Source of the DNA: Trichoplax sp. H2
Taxonomy: Eukaryota
DNA: 64,000 bases
NCBI GenBank assembly: GCA_003344405.1
Contig: NOWV01000257.1
Span: 1-64,000 of the forward strand
Reading direction: 5' to 3'
Below, in pieces: positions 1 to 27,886 of the stretch; positions within the stretch are counted from its first letter, which is position 1, and every line of letters starts with the position of its first letter. A program made the translations under genes and the position numbers. Under the pieces are notes generated by a model that worked only from the letters and a program-made list of their open reading frames with translations, searched no databases and was not told the DNA's origin.

Positions 1-280
1 GTATCCATATTGGATTAATGATGGTCCGCAGTAGAATAGTCTTACTAAGAATAATTTAACTATGTGTAAAATAAGGTAAAAGGTTGCCATGCGGATTGTA
101 GCTGCGAATGCTACGAAAAGTATAAAAGCATGCAACTTTAGATTATTCTGTTAGTTCGTTCTAGAAGTCTTTAGAAGTAGTATTCGGCTAGAGTAGAGCT
201 GTGTAGTTAATCTTTGTATAAGATTCGATAAAGCCCTTATTTTTCTAAAATTTGGAATTTCGTGATTGGTATATATCACA
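1..280 (+). repeat. Near-identical copy of 8320-8599 (5 substitutions seen in 280 bp); likely allelic duplication across the gap
   Basis: gtatccatattggattaatg...gtgattggtatatatcaca occurs at 1-280 and at 8320-8599. Confidence 0.95.
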
Positions 281-343
281 CCAACATATAGAATATAGGT
301 ATTAATATATTTGCGAGCGTAATCTAGGATTCTTTATAAACAG

Positions 344-508
344 AGTGTTTATCGCTTGATGTTATTGCTAATGGAAAGATATTAAACGAGTGTTGCAGAT
401 CGGTATATCGTGATGAGACGGAGCTGGAGTTAGCTTACGAGGTACTTGAAAACTATCAGATAGCTGATTTGCTCGACCTACTGACTCACATCAACTTGGT
501 AATCTTCG
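344..508 (+). CDS. Candidate internal coding exon of an unidentified gene starting upstream of the window
   Basis: Acceptor ttataaacag| at 343, then a stop-free frame CLSLDVIANGKILNECCRSVYRDETELELAYEVLENYQIADLLDLLTHINLVIF, with possible donors at 499 or 509. Phase-compatible downstream candidates lie at 1046-1086 and ~2697-2795. No homology recognised. Confidence 0.3.
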
Positions 509-3500
509 GTTAAGTAATACTGTATTTCTCTATTAACTAGACTGCCTGTAACCGCGATCTAAGAATAATGCAATGCACACAAATCCTAAATTATTGCCTG
601 GCGATGCAGGACTTACAATCTCTGAGGAGAAATTTAAACTTACTAATCGCACACGCTTGATCACGAGCTCTGAGGAAACAACTGAATGCTGAAAATCGAA
701 TATATACTATTTAAATACATATATTCGTGATGGCACTTGCGTACTGACAAGACTGATACATCCTTTACGCATCATTTATATTCTAAACCGTTCTTGATTA
801 CAAAACTAAGATCACAACAACGAGTAAGTAAACAGCAATAACAATAGCATAGATCATCATCATTATCAGATCAGTTATTCCATCAACTATCTTGGACAAT
901 TATTTCTGATCGAGTATCAGTTAGAAAAAATTTATTTAAAATAGATTTACAATCTGAATTACAAAAGCGCTATGTAAGGAACTATACAGATGGAGATTAA
1001 AATAAAAATTTGAGGATAATTATTCTCTTGCAATTTTTGTACTAGCCGTCTCAACTCAGGTTCAATTAATGAAAATTATCGATCAGGTATAAGAGAACAA
1101 ATATAATATAACATATCTTACTCTAATAAAAATAAGACAGATAAATATAGTAATTAACTGTAGAAAAATCGAGCTAGTATGAAACATACATAAATGGCTA
1201 GTCTTAGAATGGATTCAGTTACCTATACTTACGCGTTAGTAAATATAATTAACCACAATTTGCTGCTGAAATTGAACAGTATTTACCAAAATAACTATTA
1301 CGGCTGCAATTGAACTCACAGCAAGATAGAGCCAGTTTGTAAGATATAAATGACTGAAATAACTACAATCATTCTCTTCTTTAAGTAAATATCTCGAATT
1401 TGATGTTATTTATTTAATTAGTTAGAGCCAGTGCTCGATAATGATTGCTTGCAATTTGAGATCGAACGTTTGACTGACTTGTAAGACATGGCTAGCTGGA
1501 TAAAGTAAAATCAGTTTCTACTTGTAAAAAATGTGTCTTACAATAACTCTTCATCAAATGATATTTTCTAAAAGGCTTTTATTACAAGGTTTTATGAATA
1601 GTAGAGCAATAACTAATTACTACAAGAATCTAGCCTAAAATATTCCGAGCTCAAAGCGAATAGAAGTCTCTTCTCTCTCCTGAGATCTTCTCTGCAGTTC
1701 TTATAAACGTTTCCTTACATTCATTTATGACACCTTGATTAAGCTACAATCAGACATCAGACATGAGTCATCAAACAAAATACTTTTCTCAAATAGTACA
1801 TCATTATCTTCTACAATATAAATCATTCTACTTAAGATTTCACTACTCTTATATTAACTTCTAGCCCTATTCTCCGAAGAGCATTTTAACAACTACAGTA
1901 TTTCTAGCTGCATAAATCTTGTACCATAATTAGTCAACTGGCTACTATTAGTCATCAATAATTTCGAATATAGTAATTAGTAATCATCGAATATTAGCTT
2001 CACGATAATATCTACTCAAAGTAGCCTAACTATATCAAATATAGCTATCCGTATAATTAAATATAGGAACATCACTACACTACCTAAAAGAGAATTTTAA
2101 TTGATTGTAACTTACAGTGGAAAATAGGCCAATTTTCTAGATTTAGACTGGCTAGCCATATGTAAGATTGAATTTTGCACTATTTGAGCAAGAATTATTT
2201 ACTGTAATTTGCTGTGGTAGTTAAGAACTGACTTGCAAAGCAAAAAGCTAGAATAGATTGAACTCTATTCTTCAATTTATTTCTTTTGCGACTTTCTCAA
2301 TTGATAGTCAAATACTGTAGTGGTAACTTAGAATTGCTTTAATTGACTACCTTCAAGAAGAAATAGGTTCATTCGTACACTTGCAGCAGAATATTCGGTT
2401 AATTCATTAATTCATAATAACTTTCTAATTATCATTGCTATTCAAAGTTGTACAGCATCAAATCGAAGATCATATTAGCCAATACTATAAGTGTTTGCAA
2501 TGTAATTTTTATAGCCAATATTGTCCTTTATTACTTTCACTATACAATTAAATAATAATGGAAGGAATCTATTGCATATTATGTCTTAAAAATTGTAATC
2601 TGAAATGTCTTAATCGAAGATAAGAAATATTTTAGTCATTTGTAGCGATATTAGAAAGTACTGCTATGTTTTCCGCTTATTTTTGTATTTTTTAGGCATT
2701 TCTAGCTGATTATCACTCAACTATCAAGAAAGGAAACAGTTTAGACTATCACTTTATCGATGAAGACGGAAATTCGCACCTGCTCATTATATAAATAAAA
2801 TTTGATTGATGATTACTCTCTTAGAATATCGTAGAACTAAGCATCAAATAATTGCTAATTTTGGTCCATATTCTAATTTTTCGTGAATATAGTACTCGGA
2901 TGTTGTATCAGTCCTCTTACAAATATTAAAAAAATTCCTTATTTGTAATGTTGAAATAACGTGAACCATGGATATTAGGATTTCTACTTTCTAATTTTTC
3001 CATGGATTTACTTGTATATTTCTTATCTTTACATTTATTATGAGTGTTGTATAAAATTATAACATGCTATTATAGATGTACTACCATCGCTAAATTATGT
3101 TATTAACAAAAGTCAACGATCCATTATGGATTTTCGATTTTAATATCGAATACTAGAATAATAAAATTTAGCCTGTCAACATACTTGCTAAGAAAATGAG
3201 TACGGTAGTCGATTCATAAACCAAGTTATAGCAAATGTCTTACAATTTTTCACGACCATTTAGCCTTGAAATGTCGATAAATTTAAAGATAGGAATATTA
3301 CGACACCATTTGACAATAATGTAAATAGTTTACAGCGCTATTAGATAAAATAGATGGGAAACTTTGTTTAAATGGAAATAATGTCAATTGAAAGCTCTTT
3401 TAATCTTCTTGAATATCTAGATTAATAATCGTCACTATTAAAATGATATGGAAAAGAGATCCCTAGCTGATTAAAACTTTTTGACGAAAACCAATAGTTG

Positions 3501-6500
3501 GGTATTATATTAGTAAGACTAGATAGACTTTTACCCGCGTTAAAAATATTTGTATCATACAAGTAGATATAAATTCCGCTGTTTTCTATTTTCTATATAA
3601 AATTACTTTATTTTGAGTTAACGAAAAAAAGAGGAATTCTGCATCTTATTCTCTAAAATTGTACGTAAATAGTCTATTATTAGTCATTTCTATATTTAAA
3701 AATCGCACAAAAAATCAAGCTTATAAGACCAATATCGTTTGATATACTTTAAGATAAGAATTATGCTGTAATTATAAAAATTTGGATTTAATTTAAATGA
3801 TAATTTAGCCCAGCTTATTTGTTATGTAGCAATTAAAAGGCTGCAATTTTCATTGCCAAGTAACTTTGTAAAGACCTTGTTGAAATTATCCAATCAGGAG
3901 AACGGTGGCTTAAATTCTGACATGCGACTAAGCGAACTAAATCAGTAGGAAATAGGTACACGAGTTATCTTTATGATTTAATTTTATTGATGAGAATTGA
4001 TAATTTTGATGGCCTTGTTTAGGCATTGAACAGCTCGAATTAATAAAGTTTATCCATTTATCAATCTTTATTCTTGGTATTAAAATATATGCATAAAATC
4101 TTAACCAGTAGATTACCACGTAGGGGGTAGAAAAAATCAGCTATCATGACTACTTACTGTACACAGTAACCTAAAATATGACCTAAATCATCTATTTTTT
4201 ATGCGCATATTTACGTTTGGTATGCCTAATATACGTAAACAGACAGAAACAAGCCTTTGACCCGAGATATTTAAAGTATTCTTAAAATGTGAATCCAAAT
4301 TGCAATCATTAAAGGTATCGGACATATATTAATTTAGTGCTCATACAGCTAAGGTATACATATAATACGAATATAGCAGTAAACTAATCGTAATCGAGGC
4401 TATGATTCTTTACATTCATAGTGCTAACTTTCGTATGAATAACGTCTTGATCCTCCTAATCATCCAGACCATTCTTAAACGTAAAATAGATCGAATTTTA
4501 AACATATTTAAATTTATTCAAAGAAATTTATTTCAATCTAACTAATCGATTCTGCATGTTTAGATAGGATATCTGCATACAAGTAGCTCTAAAATCTTTA
4601 CTCTGGGAATTTGAGATACTACTAAATGTAAGGTAGATTTGCATTTATTCAAAGTCTAGAGAGTATTTTACCTCTGCAACTTGTTTCGATCTAAGAAGAA
4701 ATTCATGAGTTATAATATGCATACGAGTCCATTACACCAACTAATTTCTATCCAGGTCATAACTCACCTTACATCCAGATCTACATACTACATAATCATA
4801 AAATTTGGGCGATTTACAAAGAAAAACAGGAATCAAAATTCCTTTAAGGAAAAAGGGTCTAACTATTTAAACAAGCTTTATTGATTGAAATGAATACTTG
4901 AAACAATACACATCAAAGAACGGGGTACTTTTATAAGATTAAATAAAATTATTCCATAATGCTACTGCTGTGTCAATGTATGAATTCATCAGCAAATAAA
5001 TAAATGTAATATATTATATTTAAGAAAGTAATTTAGATTTACATGATAAATCAAGGAATGCATTAAGCCAAAGAATTTGTCACTAAGGTGAGAAAAGACG
5101 AAGGTAGTCATAACTATGGCGGCTACCTAAGAGCCTAGCACGAAACTTCATTCAATGATTTGAAAAACAATTAGAGCAAGAATAATGCAATTAGCGTGAC
5201 TACAACGAAGATAGATGTTATTGTAAAATTGCCATAGGATTTATTTATGTTAATCTTGCTTGGCTACTAGGAACTAATTTGAACGATTTTTTCTATTAGT
5301 TACTTCCCATAACGCTACTGTCTATATGAAAAATTAGGCATTTTGTAAAATCGCTAAGCAATTTAGTGTGATCATTGAGTAACTTTAGTGACGTGACAAC
5401 CATATTAAGCATAACAATAAATCATCGATGTAAGAATAATAAATAAATTCTTCCGACAAAATAGGGCGCCAAAATGCTCGGAGTCTTCCTATCTTGATCA
5501 TAAACGTACGGTAGAGTTCCCAGAAAAGAGACCTTAGTCTAGAAGATATTATATTATTCATGGCAACAGTCGACTTTTTCAGAGTTCTTGGAGCAAAAGC
5601 TGGTTAAAAAAATAAAATTTATAAGTTTTAAACAAAGTGTATGGGCTGAAATTTTACCAACAACATAAATGTCCTCCATTTTATCCATCTTTAATACTTG
5701 ACGTTCAATAAGTAATGCATATATTCAGTTTTAATGATTTTAAACTATGAAAGAATTTCACATAGAGATGCAGTAACTCTTAGAAACCTAATTTAATGGG
5801 TATAATTTTGTCTACTAGCCATAAACATCAACAACAAGAGAAATATCGGTAAGATTTTCTGTGGCATAAAGCAATTTAAGGCATAAAAATATCTCGAGCT
5901 TGTAGACTAATTATAATTTACTACATAATATTTTTATCCTTCAATGCCTTTAAATCGCAAGTATCGGCAATTGAAGAAAAATCAACAAGAATTTCGTGCA
6001 GAATAAGTTGTATTAAGAAATGGATTCCAGATAGTAGGCTTGATAGAATGCCTGTAACTTAATACAAACTGTTAGATGTAGGTATTAGTAATTAGATTAG
6101 TGCAATCAAAAATTTGGCGTCCAATAAGAATTCTAAATACAGAGTTAATTGGACTTGATTTAATGTTTGTAATTTTACCTTTACCCGAATTACTATAACA
6201 ATTTATTGTCACCGGGTTATTTATATTCTATAATTCTACAAATTGTAGTCCCAGTTGCGGAGTCAATTAGTCATTCATTGTAAAAGGCTTATTATTCTAT
6301 TTTATTCAAATTACGATAATAATATAATTTTATCCGAACATAGTTATAATTTGTCGTTGAATAAATGCTTATAGCATTGTCTAAAGTAAATCATCCAACA
6401 GTTTTCACAGTAATATAGGAGAGTTTATAATGCTTAGCTCAAGCTAGTAGGAACTAATATCTTATATTTTTTTTCAGGTAATGTGAATATTTTTTGAATT

Positions 6501-7876
6501 ATTTAAACTATTCATTAGACAGCATATATTATGGAAGGGTTTATAATACTTAATTTGAGCAAGTAGGAAATAATATTATTTAGCTTTCAGTTAAAATAAA
6601 TACTTTTTGAAGCATTCAAACTGTTTACAAAACAACCTATATTATAGAAGAACTGCTTGCTTACTTTTGTACAGTATAAAGGATATATTATATTTAATAT
6701 AATTAACTTTTAGGTGTAATGATGACTTCTGAACGATTTCACCTATTTTAATCAACAGCGTATAATACTCGTAGAAGGAATAACCGTAAAGTGGCGTCAA
6801 AATATATTGAATAAATAAAATTACTAGTTGGATAAATTCAGTCTATTTCTACTATTCTAATAATATGCAATTTATTGAATTTAAATATTAGTATAACTTG
6901 TAATAATAATAATTTTAGATCATTTTTTATTCTGATACTATCATTAATACTTAATAATATAGCAGTATAAATAGTACAAATAGTACCAGTAGTTATCAAA
7001 TGCTTTCCTTGAAGATATTGGACTAAGATCTCCCTGATAAAAGTATTTAAAGATACTGAAGATTCTAATTCAAACAAATTGGCTGATTATAATAAATTTA
7101 ATCTTATAGTTTCTTTGTTTTCTCTTAAGTATTTAACTTTAGAAATAGAATAGCATAGAATTTAAATCACTATCCATTTTAATTTTCAACACCACACATA
7201 ACTAGGTCTAAATGACAGTTTATGCCACGATCATATCCGGAAATATTTCACTTCGTCATTCTAACCTTTACTTCCTTCTTAATAGCATTTGTAGCATCCA
7301 TAATTAAGATAATACAAACATAGCAAGCAACAGAAGTAGCATTCATGTAATCTTCTTTAAATCAATAGTCGGATTATTTCCGAATGAGATAATTTCGACC
7401 TGATTAGAATATTTAGCTGCAAAAAAATCGATGGCAATGTAACTATAAAGTCTCACACAACTGCATCATCCTACTTTTCAATGTGATATACCACAAGTAT
7501 ATAAGGTAGTTATAGTAACTGTTATAGCCCGAAATATTCCATTTAATCTTTAAATCTTTGCATCTCTACGATTGTTTATAGTATTATCCACTATCGTGAA
7601 TTTTAGTCAGAAGTAGATATTTCAAGAATTGGTGTCTTATGGGTTGTTGCCTTACGTATAATTTCAAGTTATATGGCAATCCATCCTGGAGATTCTTGAT
7701 TTATCTTCTAAATAGTATACTTCTTTATCATCAACTAGATCCCCACTTACTGTCATATTATGACCCAAAACCAAGACAGTATTCACATATCAAGAAATAG
7801 CCTTCGCTTTCTTTGGCATCTATTTAAATGATACAGTAAGTTATTTCCCTAAAATCAAATGCATTTGCAATGATCG

Positions 7877-8035
7877 ACTACATTGACTGAACCTAAGTAG
7901 ATGGGTTAGCTACAGAGTTTTTAATCTAATTGAGCAACACCTTTTCCTCATGAACATGATTTCTTTAAATAAATAGCTAACTTAATTTACTCTTCAAATC
8001 CAACATGAATATCTAGATAATAAAAATAATACATT
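7877..8035 (+). repeat. Apparently identical copy of 8600-8758, abutting the gap
   Basis: actacattgactgaacc...aataatacatt occurs at 7877-8035 and at 8600-8758. Confidence 0.95.
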
Positions 8036-8055
8036 NNNNNNNNNNNNNNNNNNNN
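8036..8055. other. Assembly gap (20 N)
   Basis: Run of 20 N directly visible. Confidence 1.
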
Positions 8056-11000
8056 GTAACTTAGTATTGTGATTGTAGACTGTTAGCCATGTGTAGTATA
8101 ATGTACGGTAGATATTTATCCTAAGAGATATTTGGTAGCTGTAACTATAGACTGTAGTGGTAGAGACTCTATGCTAGAGTACAGATGACTATATACAGTA
8201 AGCTGTTGAGTTACTAATATGGCTATAGGTAAAAATAGAACTGTAAATCATATATTAGGATATGGTTAATTCATTGTACTTTGGCTGGTGTGAATAATGT
8301 CTACGTAAGTACTGTAGTCGTATCCATATTGGATTAATGATGGTCCGCAGTAGAATAGTCTTACTAAGAATAGTTTAACTATGTGTAAAATAAGGTAAAA
8401 GGTTGCCATACGGATTGTAGCTGCGAATGCTACGGAAAGTATAAAAGCATGCAACTTTAGATTATTCTGTTAGTTCGTTCTAGAAGTCTTTAGAAGTATT
8501 ATTCGGCTAGAGTAGAGCTGTGTAGTTAATCTTTGTATAAGATTCAATAAAGCCCTTATTTTTCTAAAATTTGGAATTTCGTGATTGGTATATATCACAA
8601 CTACATTGACTGAACCTAAGTAGATGGGTTAGCTACAGAGTTTTTAATCTAATTGAGCAACACCTTTTCCTCATGAACATGATTTCTTTAAATAAATAGC
8701 TAACTTAATTTACTCTTCAAATCCAACATGAATATCTAGATAATAAAAATAATACATTATAGGATTTATTCTATCTTTCCTTAAATTATGAATATCCAGG
8801 ATATTTTCGGCGACAACCGCCTCTGGAAATATTTTGTTATATCCTCTAATATTTGCTATATTATCATTACTTGTAGTAATTATTCGTGAGTAAGTTAAAA
8901 GATACTGCTCATATTATAGTCTCATAAACTTTTATCCTTCCAGAGGTAAGCATTTATATGTTGCACATTCTGTTTTGCTTTCTTAAATAAAGTTTGTATA
9001 GATTGAAAACTAGCGAATAGGGTAAATTATAGACATACAATATTCTCCTCATAGCACATTCTACCATTATTAGATTCTGAACTGCAAATAATTTTTAAAT
9101 ACAGTGGCAATGAGCTTAAAGGATTTCTACTAGTTTTAGTTCAGGAAATAAGATTAATTCAACCAAGTTCAGAAAAACTCTTTCTATAGCAATTTAGTCT
9201 CTATCCATTTTAAGCGCGCAATTTAAGAACGCAGAATACATATACTAAACAGCTTCATATCTTGATGGGTTCTTATAGATTTACACACTTCTAATAGTAT
9301 ATCTATATTTTGATGCAGTGTTAGTTAGAATATCTGAAAACTATCACAGCATAATAGTAAATCATGAAAGTATCCAATACCGGATCAGTAGATCATTAAT
9401 TGCGCTAACAAGTACAGTATTAGCAGTTACTACCATTGATTTTAATTTGTTTCAAAGCCATAAATAAATCAAAATTAGTTTTCTTTGTAATAATAAATAA
9501 GTAATGATGTATCGAATAATTAGAGTAGTTCCCCTATATAATTGCATAATTAATTATAATTATAACTATAGGCAGTAGCAAATTAAATTTTCTAATTTTG
9601 CGGTAGATTCAAATTCTTATGGTTACATTAACATTTTTATGATATGAAATAACTAATTCCATACTGCTCAGGCAGATATGCGCATAGACCAAAAATATTG
9701 CATACCCATATATAACATTTGATAATAAAATCCCTTTAAGACATTTTCTGTACAAATTGTTGTTCTTCTTAGTTCTTTTAGTGATTTTCATAACATATTG
9801 CGCATAAAATTATTGATCGATGTCGAGATAAGGTAGTAAAATTACATTTAAACAAAATGTAACAAAAAATATACGTCAAGAATTATTAACCTTAAGCATA
9901 ACAAATCAGTCACATAGAAACTATCATAACATAATTTTGATCTTTCTATCGGTCTAATCTAATATTTATCACTGGTACGATAGTTTTAGAATCTCATTAT
10001 AATATGGATATTTATGTTAATAAATAAATTTAGGTATGTAAATATTTATGAACACCACAGGAATTTCTTTTGACCAATAAAAATAATAATATTGGCAAAT
10101 AGGCAGGTAAACTCTTGGCTATATCTTAGCATGATCTTCATTCCGATCCACAGCTTCAAAATATTTGTCCGTGCGATTATTGCCCGCTTACTAGGGACAA
10201 ATCATGCTGTTCTTAAAGTTACTATTAATATGGATCACAATCTTTTCAGTAAGTAAAATATATACATAAACTGAAAATTTGAACACCATTTTTCTGTCAT
10301 TAACTTATGTTAGGCTGCTGTCTATTGTATATCTACTTTAAATTATTTCAAATATCGTAAACTACTATACATATATATGTAGTATTAGTAAGGATCATTA
10401 TATCTAACCTTGATCATACGATCAAAGTGCGATAACTTTTAAGGTTAGCGTGATCTTATGAGTGATAATTTATTAGCATAAATAGCAATGGCCAAAATAC
10501 GGCGTTGATAGTACTATTAGCGATAGTTACGTTTACTGACGAAAGCACTACGTCCATCCATTAGTTTACTATGCAATCTGCCTTGTTGTTCTATTTTGGG
10601 AATATGTTTAGTTTGTTAATGTGCCAAGCTAAACTTCATGATTAGCAAGAAAGTTAACTACTGCAGTAATATCGTATATGTATCTGCCTACATCTAGTAT
10701 TCCTTGGACATATTTTAAGGAAGTAAACATATTTGAAATTGATCAAGACTAATATCATCTAGGTCTTGTTAATTACATGATAAAATCAATTACTACAATA
10801 TTACTGCTTGTCTATCATGTCTTCGGTATTGATTAAAGTTTCTATTGAAATGAAAATTCACACGAAACTAAAATTTTACCCAATGTATCCCACCAAAACT
10901 AAATTCAACCGAAATATGTATCCTTACGCGATTCCCACTTGTTTAATATTTTACCTTCGTTAGCTAGTATCTTTAGAAATATAGTGAGAAATTAAACATC

Positions 11001-12464
11001 AAGTAGATCGGTACTTCTTTCATCTATGCTGTCTCATCAAGATCCAATTTAATGGGAAATTTTACTACCAAAGCATTTCTACCTGCCTATTATATTTCTT
11101 TTAGTGTCTAAAATCATGTATGATAAAGTCTGATTTAACCCACAGAAATTAACTACTACAGTATTGACTCTAGCATTTTTTGAGAAAGATAGAGACTTGC
11201 ATATATGATCCAACCACTCTTAATGCAACTTATGCAGTCAAATTTAACCTTAAAATAAATCATCTAGTTTCGTGTCACGTCCATTACTTTATCTTCTATA
11301 TGGGCTATACTATATATTAAGGGTAATAAAGACTTGGATAATACAGATCTACCTAGTACTTTATTAAGACCAGTATTGATTACTTAAATAATAAGGTAAA
11401 AAAAATATGTGAAATTGGCCATGACTCAAGTTAACTATACAAGAACCAAACTTGAGAAATTACGTGTAGATTTATAATTACATTCGTATGATAAATCAAA
11501 TAGATGTAATCTATGATTGACCTAATTGTATTTCAAAATAGAAATACTTGTAGATCATCATAATCACTTCACAGTTGATTGATCAATTATTAGCATATCA
11601 AGGAGATTAGATGAGATCATCTATTTAATTACAGAACGAAAATAGAAGGGATTGATTTTAATGGCAACTTGTATTCTATACTGCGAAGTAGGAATTATTA
11701 TAAATAGCATTAATAGCACCTTTACTATCTGTCTCAATTATAGGAAATGCTTTATTCAATATCTAGGATTAAACTGAATAACTCGATATATTGTGTTAAT
11801 ATATTTGGAGATTTCTTGCTTAGTAATTTCATCATGATGAGTAACTTATGTATATTTATTACTAAATTTTCGAAAATGTCATTTTTGGTTAACTTGTGAG
11901 CTACGTAGCATGATTTCAGTACTATATAGTTTTATGTAACAATATTATTGGCACTTGTTAATAGTTGTTATAACTTGAAATTATAACGTATGTATTTATG
12001 AAAATTAACTCAAAGTCTCCAATCTAAGTATGTTTGATATTGATATACGTGTATATGCTTTATAAGATTTTTCATATACAATTACCTTATAGTATAAAAA
12101 TATAAACATTATTAATTTCGAAAAGAACTAGGTCCTCCCTAAGTACATTAATTAATTCATAAAATGTCATTGTATTCTTTGTTCAGAAAAGTCTATCATA
12201 GATGTTAGCAACAGATGATTGCAATTGTGGGACATGGTTAATTTTTACTTAGTTTACATTAATTCATATATCGACATTCGACCTTCACACTTCGATCTAT
12301 CCCTACAAATTAAACTTACATAAAGAACGGAATAAATTATAACATCTATGCATGTTCATTTATCAAGATCTTTCATGATTTTTCACCGTATCAACTTATT
12401 TATTAGCTGTAGCAGTACTTGTATGTTTATTGAATTACTTTCCTGTAAACCTAGTAGGAAGCTC

Positions 12465-13170
12465 ATGTTGATTTTATTATTTATATCAATAACAATGCAA
12501 CTCTGTAAGTATAAGTTATTTTATACAAGAACTAACGGCAACACTTCATTTCTATCTTGAAAATTGAGGTAGCTTAAAAGGATCAATCAATAGGGCCTTT
12601 ATAAGCGCTAACTATAACCAAAAAACAACAACATATACTTAGCGGATAGAAAAATAAATTTATTAGGGTAGATTTTAGAATTATTATTCCACTACATGCG
12701 GATAAATAAAAGTAACTTCTATCAAACTAAAGTAACCACAAAATTGTATCGCCTACATCTATCCTCATTATGACAGTAGATGGTTGTAACGATTGTATAA
12801 TTTTCACAATATATTACATTAGTTATTAATAAAATTAATTCTAGTTTACAATTGATGCAATTTAAAAGTATAGTCAAAATTTTAATGAAATTCCAATATT
12901 ATAGCCCAGCGCATAAATAATATTAGTTGATAATATAAGCTCTAAATTCAAGGTCTTATACAACAGCCTACTAATCAGCATTGTTGATTTAAAGCTATTT
13001 CAGAATAAATTTCTATAAAATTACTATATAAAATATACCATATGTACGAGTATCTAGTAAAAATATTCAGTTTATGTTAGTATTAGCAATGCACACGTTC
13101 AGCTGTACGAGTAAGGTACGAATACCGTTGTCAATTATAGATTATCTATTAAACATTCAAGCTCAAAAAG
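12465..13170 (+). CDS. Possible signal-peptide exons of the Notch-ligand-like gene (12465-12504, 13141-13170)
   Basis: ATG...MLILLFISITMQL t|gtaagt, then ttatag|YYLLNIQAQK g|gtatgt. These join in phase 1 to a CAG acceptor at 14088, giving MLILLFISITMQLYYLLNIQAQKAEIRGY. The join requires skipping two upstream AGs, so it is uncertain. Confidence 0.35.
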
Positions 13171-13200
13171 GTATGTAACAGATCATCAATCACTTTAAAT

Positions 13201-13400
13201 ATTAGCTTACGATCTTCAATACTGATCTGTAGCTGTTGCTAATTCAGAAATACTAGTATCAAGACATTTAAGAGGATTATAGTTCCGGTATAACATGCCA
13301 TATTTAAATTACTTTATGTATTAGCTTACGATCTTTAATGTTGATCTGTAGTTATTGCTAATTTAGAAATACTGGAATCAATACATTTTAAGAAGACTAC
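13201..13400. repeat. Diverged ~120-bp-period direct duplication
   Basis: attagcttacgatctt.aat..tgatctgtag.t.ttgctaatt.agaaatact..atcaa.acattt at 13201 and 13320. Confidence 0.85.
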
Positions 13401-14063
13401 CTTATAATTTAGCAATGTCGTACGGTATATCTAGTACAGTTTTGCTTTTCGTAAATATCAAATATGTTTCTACAAGTATCTGCATATTTACATCCAGCTA
13501 GGCCCTAAACACGACTGTTGCTGTTAATTTATCAAAACAACTCCAATAAAATTTAATATTTTAAAAGTTGTTCAATCATGTAGCTACTTTTATAGACCTT
13601 GTATATGTTACAGCTGCAACCCAAATCCCGGCTGTTATTTACAATAGACCGCTAAAATTCGAATTAGGAGTACTCATAGTCCTATAGTTCAAGAAGGACT
13701 ATTTGCTAAAGAAAAAAAAACCAAACAGCGTATTATTAAACATTTACGTAGAGCAATAAAATCTATTAGTATAATTAACATTATACTTAAAGTACTGGCA
13801 TAGCCCACTAAAGCCCCAAATTCTAATATTTTTGCATTTAATTTGGATTTTAGTCGGATCATGTATACGTACGCATCAGTCTCGTGCCCCATTATTTGCT
13901 AACTAGAGTGTTATTCTCTTTTACTTTTCATCACTATGATTATGTAAGCTAGTACAGCATAAATATTTTTCTATCTGAAACATTGGCTCTTCGCAATCTA
14001 TATTTCAGTTATCATCCAAGTTACATATCTCATTCTGCCATTCTTTCAATTATGTTATCCTAG

Positions 14064-27886
<13,823 letters not shown>

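Noticed and set aside
281..7876. Transposon insertion
   Set aside because: No TIR, LTR, TSD, poly-A tail or transposase/RT ORF is visible; kept only as an indel.
8788..8890. Hydrophobic segment (..LLYPLIFAILSLLVVII|gtgagt) as first exon of the ligand gene
   Set aside because: There is no in-frame ATG (a stop lies just upstream), and the nearby ATG is in another frame; support is insufficient.
3937..13892. Short 60-80 aa ORFs listed in the track
   Set aside because: No recognisable motifs, mostly non-ATG or low-complexity AT-rich frames; consistent with chance.
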